Assembly (NCBI GenBank): GCA_044226015.1
Contig: JBGAHS010000005.1
Location: forward strand, 352,001 to 416,000
Direction: 5' to 3'
Source: Candidatus Obscuribacteraceae bacterium
Lineage (GTDB): Bacteria > Cyanobacteriota > Vampirovibrionia > Obscuribacterales > Obscuribacteraceae
Length of the DNA: 64,000 nucleotides
A model generated the notes under the pieces. It had not been told where the DNA came from and searched no databases. It saw only the letters and a list, made by a program, of their open reading frames with translations. A program made the translations under genes and the position numbers. Below are positions 21,101 to 29,438 of this stretch, in pieces. The stretch's first letter is position 1, and each line of letters begins with the position of its first letter.

Positions 21101-21956
21101 CAGTATGTGTCTTAAGTTCAACGATGGTGGGATGTTTGTCGCCACCAGCAAATTCTGAGGCGGGACGAAAGGTTGTGGGACCCTCATAACCAGGAGCTGG
21201 TCCACTAATTGAAATGGTTTTGACCAGTTTTGGTTGAATCTGGTCGCCTGAATTTGCCCGCATATCCATATTTCGAGAATCTAGAGGCACAGGAGAAACA
21301 GCTGTCTCTACCGTTTTAAAGTTGTTCGGCAAATTTGCTGGTTGAAATGTATTGTTTGGGGCTAGGTCAGAGGCTGGTGCTGCCTGTAGGAATGGTTTTG
21401 GCGCGACATCGAGAGGCGGTTTAAGTTCCGAACTTTCGTTGCCTTTAGAGGTAGCATTCATGATCTGCACTATAGCGGGTCTATAGAAACCGCCAGAGCC
21501 CAGGGGAGAATAAGTGAACGAGTCAAAATTGCTTGCCAGGTTTGGTTTCGACGGGTCGAGCTTTGAGTCAGGTCCGTCGGGTTTCTGTGGCTTTTCTGGT
21601 CGGAATGCGTCGGACGCGAGTGGCGACGAAGATTTAAAGGTTTCGTTCGGTCTCTTACTGGTATGTTCGCCGGATTTGGACTCACCTGCTTCTCCAGGTG
21701 CTGAGCCGTCCTTCGCATCCTTGCCGTGATTATCTTTTTCAAGGTGGAAGATGCTCGGCGCCTCGATCATGTCACTGACAGCGCTAGCAATTTTCTTGAA
21801 GGTGCCAGAACGTGACATCTCTTCAAGCGCCTGGCTCGCAAGGTCATAAAGTTTCGGAGGTGTGGCAGCTGCTGATTCGGGGGCATCTTTGTGCTCCACG
21901 TGCTCGTCAGCTTTCACCGGCTTTTCGCGCTCAGCCGACTTGTGCCCCTCGACCAT
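18117..21956 (-). CDS. Giant, largely disordered protein with C-terminal LysM domain
   Basis: YMVQPNDTLVDIAEKHF...WLIADIN...EIELP; long S/N/G/E/K-rich region; start taken at MVEGHK. Confidence 0.8.
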   Translation of the reverse strand: MVEGHKSAEREKPVKADEHVEHKDAPESAAATPPKLYDLASQALEEMSRSGTFKKIASAVSDMIEAPSIFHLEKDNHGKDAKDGSAPGEAGESKSGEHTSKRPNETFKSSSPLASDAFRPEKPQKPDGPDSKLDPSKPNLASNFDSFTYSPLGSGGFYRPAIVQIMNATSKGNESSELKPPLDVAPKPFLQAAPASDLAPNNTFQPANLPNNFKTVETAVSPVPLDSRNMDMRANSGDQIQPKLVKTISISGPAPGYEGPTTFRPASEFAGGDKHPTIVELKTHTVPLEVAQNKPQAGGILAELNKGGFIAGACDTEEAKRNNTNVARNSETSPKPYTLDATTNSFLPSRLDFKDEHPKTAQAPEAGSNVVGQKNDRATDMNNIMFNKEPIANQNFQLTSPSLTRETGSSGSPSPALKETRSNDGSSGTGNLSPNRGSMNDIMFNPERLENQRIPLGTADRNLSTDKNSSASSGFSRDTSRENAERVGSAGSGSLDKTSSVDRTCVYDKNSPELPRDSKSLLEALKGPSNTENTNNQQRGTENVAPAATKTLANENNQAEKATADGGKAPAGNLESMKGNQGNGTSDNGKSTEGSKGSIESSKGNLDNFKTSDKGSSDGGPRNNDAKSGGGGSEARNNNDARTEGSKGGTNQNSERTSDSRPEGRSSDNKGAPENRSNDFKAPEPSRSENNYKNEHLSEQSRTLEPVNKTDAATKQELAAKTEQIANSNAVESRKAEAGPEPVRQVVAAAAATAAEATVNKQAQSIESAGTLARASIQQGGASSLEQIASAVKVQASGSEIGIAGGDRNASKLTTTANVIELTGPVSLSALTARTAANTTAGEQIFGQSAVKSVMQAGLDATAAAALKTGTTAGADAALSAMKTQMVQGNTEIPAALANALNGNKGVFDPQGLMGKTLNIDASGKVISPGSNAANQSALTPNSQIGNVRITANAAISQSIAEQLGIARSGRSESTAGRIDPVTSRTEANLTGRADPTGRHEPPASRFDPITGRVVPAAEKSGEFSVLELSQLQKSLTNSEQRYLTGVEIALAVAIASAAVAKAKPEGDADDASDKPENAELSVTYTNADGTVSTAQITSLFKRPTYMVQPNDTLVDIAEKHFHNSDVAWLIADINALRISEHVEEGKRIVELRSRQEIELPLPSEVNEFLLAKKADAKAENMVTIIGTTEIDRELLNNFLSTIVGGEATPIAAETAHPELLPVPSAPPLMHLVNFGKSLTQNLMPSMTALKQQGHNLRTYISKIDLVPHRNVHNLEPQR

Positions 21957-22251
21957 GATGATGACCCCGGAAAATTGAACTACAGACCCTATGTACCCGA
22001 AACTTTGACTTGTGAACCCCGAGCCCCTACGCACAGGCTCTACGGGGCAGATTAAAGGTAATTCATATCCTGCTTGAAGTCAAGAGGTGACACCGCAAAA
22101 ACTTCGTTTAGTGACTGTATATTCGTGCAGATATGCGAAGGGATGGCTAAGTGCCACCCCTTCGGCTAAAGTTTCGCTCTTCCCACATGTTTCCTGATCT
22201 GTCCACCTGTGCGTTCAGTGCGGACTGTGTGACCAGTGCGACGGGTACTGT

Positions 22252-23595
22252 TTATGACCCGGTGATTTCTTTTGAATTGCTCTCCGGCAATGCTATTGAA
22301 GCAGGCACTGGTGCTGCAGCTGCCGCAAGCGGCATCGAGTCATATTCTTCAATCAGTTTCAAATCAGAGTCTTCTGAAGATTTGCCTGAAAAGAGCCTTG
22401 TCCAGTCTATTTTGCTTGTGTATTGCATCGACAAGAACAATGTAGCTATAGAAAGACAGGTGATGATTAGTCCGGTGAATTGTTCGAGAAAAAATGTGTA
22501 CGAGAAGAGCACGAGATATATGAACTGCGACACACCAAGTTGTTGGACAAACCTTCTATCGGGTATGAATCGCGAGACGTAGGACATCACCAGAAATACC
22601 GAGACCACTGAACAAATTGCAAAACTCCATTCGAGAGGAATGTGGTCGACTGAATACGCCAGCAAAAGATGGAAACTAAAGAAAGCTGCACCGATGAAGA
22701 AGTAATGCATTGGATGCAGTTTGATTACACGAATCGTACTGGTCAGCCATGTGACGTAGAAGAAAAAGAAGAGAGAAACTGGGGCAAAGAATGTCACGTC
22801 CTGTACCAATGGACCGGGATTGATAAGCTTTGGCATGCTCATACCAATTGCGTTTCCAGTCATTGTATTGTCGTATTTCCAATTTAGTTTCCAGCCATTT
22901 TTCTCTTTCGTTTTCTGCGTGGGCGAGCGAGTTCCATCAGGAAAATCAACGGCATCAAAGTTTGTGTTCATTGTAAGCGAGAATTTCTTAACGAGATTCA
23001 AGCCATCACCGGCGGTGTACTGCCAGCTGTTCATTCCTTGAGAATCGTAGCTTATCTGCACCAGTTTTTCCTGATGCGGAGCAAGTTTGAATTCGGTTGC
23101 TAAAGCACCATTTTCTGGGTGCAAATCGTGAGAGGTTTCGTTGGCAACTTGAAGCTTTAGATTGTCGTAGATTCCCTCTCTGTCGGGCAGTCCGAAGGTC
23201 AGCTTCATTGCTCTCTCTTCGTTGCTATCATTTGCAATGCCAAAGACCCCGTTGAATTTGACTTTGTAGGTCGGGTACCAGAGCAGCCCTTTCTTTCTTT
23301 GCTCTAATGCAAGATCCACATTAACGTCACTGCTCTTCAGCGAGACTGGCTCACTAACATGCTTAATGCTTTTCCGAATCTCGCCTTTGGATGTTTTCGA
23401 AATTTCTTCCACTGTTTTGTCAAAAACCACATATGGTGCTGCTTGTTTCTGTTCGTTTCCCCAGAGACCTTTGACCTGACCACATAGATTTTTCATCTGT
23501 TGATCAGTCCGGAAACTCACTGTACTGCCGAGAATTAGCCAGGCCATGCAAACGCTCAAATAAATGAACGTCAGAGAAGCTATTTGTTTTATCAT
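22252..23595 (-). CDS. CreD-like inner membrane protein
   Basis: N-terminal TM, soluble domain, C-terminal TMs with LHPMHYFFIG..F..HLLL. Confidence 0.75.
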   Translation of the reverse strand: MIKQIASLTFIYLSVCMAWLILGSTVSFRTDQQMKNLCGQVKGLWGNEQKQAAPYVVFDKTVEEISKTSKGEIRKSIKHVSEPVSLKSSDVNVDLALEQRKKGLLWYPTYKVKFNGVFGIANDSNEERAMKLTFGLPDREGIYDNLKLQVANETSHDLHPENGALATEFKLAPHQEKLVQISYDSQGMNSWQYTAGDGLNLVKKFSLTMNTNFDAVDFPDGTRSPTQKTKEKNGWKLNWKYDNTMTGNAIGMSMPKLINPGPLVQDVTFFAPVSLFFFFYVTWLTSTIRVIKLHPMHYFFIGAAFFSFHLLLAYSVDHIPLEWSFAICSVVSVFLVMSYVSRFIPDRRFVQQLGVSQFIYLVLFSYTFFLEQFTGLIITCLSIATLFLSMQYTSKIDWTRLFSGKSSEDSDLKLIEEYDSMPLAAAAAPVPASIALPESNSKEITGS

Positions 23596-23691
23596 TAATC
23601 AATCTCCAATTTGCAGCTATAGGCAATGATAGGAGAGCAAGATTAAGACCGCTGACGCGTTTGTTAATTGATGGATCGTCTTTTGTAAAAG

Positions 23692-24585
23692 CTAAACTTT
23701 GGCGATTTCGTAGATCCATCCTTCGAGCAAAACATCTGCTTCATCTGCGGCAAATGGGTCAGTGCAGTGCGCTGGTTCATTTAGCCAGATTGCAGCTGCG
23801 TAGCATGCCAGCACAGCGTCAAGCGCGTGATCAGAATCAACAGCTTGATGTTCTAGTTTTTGATTGAGTATCAATTTCGGGTAGTCTTTGAACATCTCGT
23901 TCTTTGGCGCAGAATAAAGACCTTGCAATATTTTGTGCCGAGCTGATTGCATTTTGTCGCGGTCTTTCTTGTCTTTACTTTTATATCCGGTGTCTGGCAA
24001 GTCGAGTCGCTTTAACGTTGCCCGTGGATAAACTTCCAGTACTGCGCAAGCTTTTTCAACAGGCTCTTGAAACGGCAGCACATAAAAGCGTTTTGGATCG
24101 AGACTAGCTAACATGCGAATTCCATGATAAGTCATCTGAATCATTGATGGATAGCCACGATGCAACGGGCTAAGTGCCTGCGCGCAGCTAAGTTTGTCTG
24201 TTATGCGTTTTGTCTCTTTCTTGAAGGCTTTTGCGAATTCTTGGAACCTTTCAAACGGCATGAACACAATTTGCTCTGCCATATTTTGCCATGTTTGAAA
24301 TTCAGCAAGTTCTAGCTCTTTTGCCAGAAACGCCATGAATTCAGCCGGGAGAGAAAACGGACAATCAAGTCCGACAGCTGATAAATCTGTGATTCCGTTT
24401 AGCTCTTTGCCCAAACCGTGCATTCCAACTTTGTGAATCTGAGAGATTTCCAGCTTGTTTCCGCTCAGCGTTCCAAGAGCCAGCCACGTTTCGTTTGGTA
24501 TTTCTTTGGAACCACTGCAATCGGCGCCTGCGACTTTTCTTTCACTGGCAACACTGCGAAGCAAATTTAGTTTGTCAAATCCCAT
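23692..24585 (-). CDS. DUF429-family protein (predicted RNase H-like nuclease)
   Basis: GADCSG, GLDCPFSLP, LEVYPRA, ALDAVLAC. Confidence 0.75.
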   Translation of the reverse strand: MGFDKLNLLRSVASERKVAGADCSGSKEIPNETWLALGTLSGNKLEISQIHKVGMHGLGKELNGITDLSAVGLDCPFSLPAEFMAFLAKELELAEFQTWQNMAEQIVFMPFERFQEFAKAFKKETKRITDKLSCAQALSPLHRGYPSMIQMTYHGIRMLASLDPKRFYVLPFQEPVEKACAVLEVYPRATLKRLDLPDTGYKSKDKKDRDKMQSARHKILQGLYSAPKNEMFKDYPKLILNQKLEHQAVDSDHALDAVLACYAAAIWLNEPAHCTDPFAADEADVLLEGWIYEIAKV

Positions 24586-24785
24586 ATGACGGAAGTCCTA
24601 TTTCAAAATTGGAGAGATAACGGAAAGCTATATTCTTTATGCTGAAAGAGCATATCAATTTTATCGCTGCTTGCTGATAATGTAGCAAGTTTGCCAAATT
24701 GCATTCTATTATTCTGAAACCTGGGTAAAAGCTTTTTAGTTGTGGAACACTATTTTTGAATTGCTCGCTTGCAAAGGGGATAAAC

Positions 24786-25022
24786 ATGGCCAAGGCAAAA
24801 GACAACGCAGAGAAGGAAAAGCCCGTACATGATGGGCCTCCGAGTGTCGTGCTCGAAGTAAGGACCTCTACTGGTGAAGTCTGGGGACAAATTGTGGCTC
24901 CGGCGAAAGAATTTAGCACTGGGTCATTAGGTTATTACGCGAATGGCAAGATCATCGATCCGAAATCTGGCAATCGATATCAAGTTGGTTGCAACATCAT
25001 TTTGATTGGAAGCAAGAAGTAA
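24786..25022 (+). CDS. Small hypothetical protein
   Basis: AAGGGGA SD; KEFSTGSLGYYANGKI...YQVGCNIILIGSK. Confidence 0.75.
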   Translation: MAKAKDNAEKEKPVHDGPPSVVLEVRTSTGEVWGQIVAPAKEFSTGSLGYYANGKIIDPKSGNRYQVGCNIILIGSKK

Positions 25023-25124
25023 GGCTTGCTAAAAATCAAGCGATAATTGGACGCTCTTTGCAGTCGTTAGACTTGCTGGGGCGTCTTTGCCTTTTATTTT
25101 GGAAATTTGATTTCCGACTCTAAA

Positions 25125-25559
25125 TTAGCGCTGTGCTTGAGTCATGGGGCGAATCATTAGCTTTTGTCGTTCTTCTACCTGTTCGATGTCCTCATCGTAT
25201 TCCGTCTCTCTATCGAGGTCAGGAATCTCTTCTTCTTCCTGACGCCAGGCGACCCAGCTGCCGTTTGCGCTATTGCCTATTCTCCAGGTTCCAGACAGCT
25301 TCTTGCCTTCATCGCTCAAGCTTCCTTCGTAAACTACTGCATGCAAAGTCGAGTTGCGATACTTTTTCGTGAATGAGAGTAGTGGGTCTGAGAAGGTTCC
25401 GAATATGTAAGCTTCACCCAAATTTCCGTCATCTAGAATGCTGCCTTCGATAGAGCCATTAACTTCCATGAATACGGCTTCAAACCCGAATGGTTGTGCG
25501 AAAGATGAGTAATAGAAATTACCTAACCAGCTGCCATTAACATTGTGTTTGTTGCTCAT
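25125..25559 (-). CDS. Hypothetical beta-rich protein with acidic tail
   Basis: 144-aa ORF; GSWLG, FTKKY, YEG, SGTW pattern. Confidence 0.7.
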   Translation of the reverse strand: MSNKHNVNGSWLGNFYYSSFAQPFGFEAVFMEVNGSIEGSILDDGNLGEAYIFGTFSDPLLSFTKKYRNSTLHAVVYEGSLSDEGKKLSGTWRIGNSANGSWVAWRQEEEEIPDLDRETEYDEDIEQVEERQKLMIRPMTQAQR

Positions 25560-25657
25560 TTTTCACCATGCTGTCGTCCAATTTTCTTCCCCGCTGTCTT
25601 ATAAATTAATCGATGAGGGAATATTTTGTTTTATGACAGCTAAAGCCGGAGTTTAGT

Positions 25658-26185
25658 ATGGACCAAGAGCAAGAACTTGTATCACTGAGTCTTGAGATTT
25701 ATGAAAAGTCCAGTTCGCGCATGGGCAAATACATGCAAATAATTCCGAAGTCTAACATCAGAGGAATAGCACAACATTTAGCGCGTCAATACTTTAAGCA
25801 AAATCCTGGAAAAACATTGGATGAGGCCGAGCGCCAGAACTTAGCCAATCAGCTTTGCAGAAACATTTTTGACGAAGTTCTGAAGAAAGCGCATACTGTT
25901 ATTACAATTGATGCTGACGGAATGGGGAAGATTGCCTTTCAACAAAGGACTCCCGTTATTCAGGCTGAGCGAGATGGTGCGCAGCTTTTTTATCGTAGGG
26001 CACTTAATAAGATGGCGATGGATAGTTACCCTGATGCTGAGCGTTTATTGAAACGCGCAGTGGAAATCGACTCCAATTATATTGATGCTTGGGATGCTCT
26101 GGCAGATGTGTACGAAAGAAATGAGAAAGAAGAACTCGCTAAATCTGCTCGCGAAAAAGTTGCTGAGCTGAAAGCTGCTTCCTGA
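25658..26185 (+). CDS. Protein with C-terminal TPR
   Basis: AERLLKRAVEIDSNYIDAWDALADVY. Confidence 0.75.
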   Translation: MDQEQELVSLSLEIYEKSSSRMGKYMQIIPKSNIRGIAQHLARQYFKQNPGKTLDEAERQNLANQLCRNIFDEVLKKAHTVITIDADGMGKIAFQQRTPVIQAERDGAQLFYRRALNKMAMDSYPDAERLLKRAVEIDSNYIDAWDALADVYERNEKEELAKSAREKVAELKAAS

Positions 26186-26234
26186 GTGGGTCTTGCATAA
26201 GCTTTTGCGCCTACCTGAGCAACCTTTCAAGTTG

Positions 26235-27374
26235 CTAGTTGATGCTGGCACAAAACTCAGTCATATCTGGGTCGATGGTTTTGAATGACATTCCAATCGA
26301 GTCTGCGCTCATGATTGCGTCTGCCACCATCTCTGGTGTGACCTCAAAAGGTTCATTGTGAGCTGTTTCACCAGGCGCTGTGGCGCGCTCTGATACTGTT
26401 TTGAGCGCTTCCTTTTCCAGCCCACATATTCCCAGGTCTTGCAAACAAACAGGTAGACCAACTGACTCACAAAATGTAATTACTTCCTCTATCAACTTGG
26501 TTGGCTGTCCCTCTAAGACGAGTTGGACAATCAAGCCGAATGCCACCTTCTCTCCATGATAGTAGTTATGGGTTTCAGGCACGGTCGTTAAGCCGTTGTG
26601 AACAGAGTGCGCAACAGCTAAACCACCTGATTCAAAACCCAGCCCAGACAGTAAGGTGTTGGCTTCAATCAATCTCTCCAGGGCAGGGGTGACTGCACGC
26701 TGTTGCACCGAATGCAGTGCAGACAGTCCGTCGTTGATTAAAGTCTTGTAGCAGAGTTCAGCAAGAGCATCAGCGCTGATGGTAGTTTTGCCTCCGACCT
26801 GATTTCTCTTATTGGCGTCTCTGACAGTTTTGGCTTCAAACCAGGTAGCAAGAGCATCTCCCATTCCTGCTACCAGAAGTCTTGCTGGTCCCTTTGCTAT
26901 CACCGAGCTGTCTACCAGAACCAGGTCAGGGTTGCGCGGGTAAAATTTGTATTCCTGAAATTGTCCTTCTTCTGTATATACAACCGATAGTGCGCTGCAT
27001 GGCGCGTCGCTCGATGCCAATGTTGGGCAGTTGACTATCGGCAGTTCCAGTTCAGATGCAACAGCTCTGGCAGTGTCTAAAACTTTGCCACCACCTGCTC
27101 CTACTATCACTGTCGCTTTATATTCGAGGGCAGCATGTTTGCTTCGCTGAATTTCGGCAGTCGAGCATTCTCCCTTAAATGCAAAAACTGTGAAATCGTG
27201 CCCGCTCTCTTTGAATGTTTCTGTCCATGTTTCTTGAAGCAGCCTGTTGGCATTTCCTCCAGCAAGAATGAAAACCCTGCCGTTCAGTCCGAGTTTCTTC
27301 ATTTCGCTTCCAAGTGACCGCGTGGCATTTCGACCCTGAACGTATCGAGCAGGTGCGCAAAATATGGACAGCAT
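26235..27374 (-). CDS. gldA: Glycerol dehydrogenase
   Basis: APARYVQG, GAGGGKVLD, PTLASSDAPCSALSVVY, GDALATWFEA, HSVHNGL, HGEKVAFG. Confidence 0.93.
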   Translation of the reverse strand: MLSIFCAPARYVQGRNATRSLGSEMKKLGLNGRVFILAGGNANRLLQETWTETFKESGHDFTVFAFKGECSTAEIQRSKHAALEYKATVIVGAGGGKVLDTARAVASELELPIVNCPTLASSDAPCSALSVVYTEEGQFQEYKFYPRNPDLVLVDSSVIAKGPARLLVAGMGDALATWFEAKTVRDANKRNQVGGKTTISADALAELCYKTLINDGLSALHSVQQRAVTPALERLIEANTLLSGLGFESGGLAVAHSVHNGLTTVPETHNYYHGEKVAFGLIVQLVLEGQPTKLIEEVITFCESVGLPVCLQDLGICGLEKEALKTVSERATAPGETAHNEPFEVTPEMVADAIMSADSIGMSFKTIDPDMTEFCASIN

Positions 27375-27385
27375 AGTTTTCTCCG

Positions 27386-28621
27386 CTACTGTGAATTGCT
27401 TCGTGATTTGTCAGAGGGCTCGTGTAAGCCTATAACCTTTGTTCGAGTTCCGTCGCTCTGGGTAAGAACCCATTTTTCTAGCGACTCTACCACTTGTGGT
27501 TTCAAGTACGAGGTTCCAAGCAGTACGTGACCCGCATCTTTGAATTCAATGAGTTCTTTTTTCTCGTTAGGCAAGTTTTTCAAAATTGCGTTGGTCGATT
27601 TGCGACTGACAATACCATCCAACTCGCCTTGAACAATCAGAACCGGAATGCTCGGATCCACTTTCTTAGCTGCTTCAGGCGTAGTTCGAATGAAAAACGC
27701 GGTGCGCAAAATTTCCTTAGGTGTGAGATTGATGCGAGACCTTGGGTCCGCAATCATTTCATCGCTAACGCGCTTGTCGTCGGAAGAGTACTGATCGATG
27801 TACTTTGATACATCCATTTTTTCATCAAGGTGGGTAATTCCTTTCATGAAATCAGGAACTACCATGAATGGATTGAAGTTGCGAGGGCGTGTTCCTGGGC
27901 TGCATAGAATCATGCCATCAGCTGCACCCTTATATCTTCCAAGGCAGTGAGTCGTCACTGCTGCACCGACAGATTCGCCCATTGCGAACACCGGCAAATT
28001 TGGATAAGTAGTCTTCACCTTCTTGAGCAAACTTCCAAGGTCGTCTGCGCTCTTATCGTAATCAACCCTGAAGTTTGGCTGTCCGGCATAGGACTGGTAA
28101 TAGCGTTCGCCATGCCCTCTCAGGTCAAGCCCGATGAAGATGATTCCATCCTTTATGAGCTGCTGAGCCAATGTACCGAAACTTCCAGCATGCTGTGTAG
28201 TTCCATGTACTGCGACTATCACCGCCCGTGGTGATTTAGTCTTATCCTGCCAGCGATAGACGTGCAGCTTCTTAGAGTTTTCTATTTCTTTTTTGACTGT
28301 CCAGTTTTTTGTTTTGCTGGCGCAAGCTTTTTCAGCTTCGAGAATATCGGAACCAACCATATCGGTGATTACACCCACTCTCTTTGCGCGATTCTTGATT
28401 GCAAGAGATGCTGGGTCTGGCTCAGGCAATTTATCGGTGTATACAAGATGAGCTTTGTATTGTTCGTCGATTTTCTTGTCTTTGACTTTGTTTTTCGAAT
28501 CTGTTGCAGCGAAAGATGTCAGCGGAAGTGACGATGTCAACATTCCCACTGCGAGCAAGGACAGGAACAATTTTCTCCTGCTTGCGCCATTGAAACTAAT
28601 ACTAGATTGCACGCCTGACAT
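27386..28621 (-). CDS. Exported alpha/beta hydrolase (lysophospholipase-like)
   Basis: VHG, DLRGHG, GESVG nucleophile motif, QGELD, GH. Confidence 0.85.
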   Translation of the reverse strand: MSGVQSSISFNGASRRKLFLSLLAVGMLTSSLPLTSFAATDSKNKVKDKKIDEQYKAHLVYTDKLPEPDPASLAIKNRAKRVGVITDMVGSDILEAEKACASKTKNWTVKKEIENSKKLHVYRWQDKTKSPRAVIVAVHGTTQHAGSFGTLAQQLIKDGIIFIGLDLRGHGERYYQSYAGQPNFRVDYDKSADDLGSLLKKVKTTYPNLPVFAMGESVGAAVTTHCLGRYKGAADGMILCSPGTRPRNFNPFMVVPDFMKGITHLDEKMDVSKYIDQYSSDDKRVSDEMIADPRSRINLTPKEILRTAFFIRTTPEAAKKVDPSIPVLIVQGELDGIVSRKSTNAILKNLPNEKKELIEFKDAGHVLLGTSYLKPQVVESLEKWVLTQSDGTRTKVIGLHEPSDKSRSNSQ

Positions 28622-28698
28622 TCCGCGAACCGTTACTACCTATACTACTGCTTTTCTATAGAAATTATGACCGCCAAGTATGATGAACTTGTGAGGAA

Positions 28699-28959
28699 AT
28701 GTCCGTCATTACTGAGCAAGTTGATAGTCTTTCACTTAACTTGCTATCAAAACCCGTAAGCTGTCCGACCCTGAACTGCAGAGGATTTGCGATGTCCCCC
28801 TGGGCTGTTGCCAATGTGAGGGTTTGTCGCGCTTGATATCTTATACCAGAAGAGGTGAAGCGCGGATTTGATTTATATCATAGAGATAAGAAACCGAAAT
28901 ACGCGCTCTGCACCATCCAGTGTTTTGAAGATGACAAGAAAAAGATTGTCAAAAGTTAA
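28699..28959 (+). other. Cys-rich small ORF interrupted by an in-frame TGA at 28834-28836 (readthrough gene or pseudogene)
   Basis: GAGG just upstream of ATG; 45 codons, TGA, then 40 more sense codons to a TAA that overlaps the FKBP gene stop. Confidence 0.45.
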
Positions 28960-29315
28960 TTAACGCCAATCAATTCTACGTCGAACACGAGAGTCGCATT
29001 AGGAGGAATAGCTCCTGGGAAACCCTTTGGTCCATAGCCGAGTTCTGGCGGAATAACCAGGGTTCTCTTTCCGCCAACCTTCATGGTAGCGACGCCTTCG
29101 TCCCAGCCTCTGATTACCTGCTGAACACCAAGAACAAATTGGAATGGTTGTCCACGGTCGACAGAGCTATCAAACTTTGTGCCATCGGTCAGCCAGCCGG
29201 TGTAGTGAACTGTCACTTTTTGTTTGGCGTTAGGAGTTGCGCCGTCTCCCACTTGCTTGTCTTCGTACTGAAGTCCAGAAGGAGTTGACTTCAAATTTGC
29301 CTGGTTTACGTTCAT
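28956..29315 (-). CDS. FKBP-type peptidyl-prolyl isomerase
   Basis: [44 protein letters not shown]. Confidence 0.96.
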   Translation of the reverse strand: MNVNQANLKSTPSGLQYEDKQVGDGATPNAKQKVTVHYTGWLTDGTKFDSSVDRGQPFQFVLGVQQVIRGWDEGVATMKVGGKRTLVIPPELGYGPKGFPGAIPPNATLVFDVELIGVN

Positions 29316-29438
29316 GGAGTTAACCTCAAAAGTTGAGGCTCAAGAATAGCAGAAACATATATACGACGGATTTTTATTCGCAAAAAATGTAGGTTTAGCG
29401 ATACACTCGTAATAGCGTCTCCTCATGGTTGAAACGGC

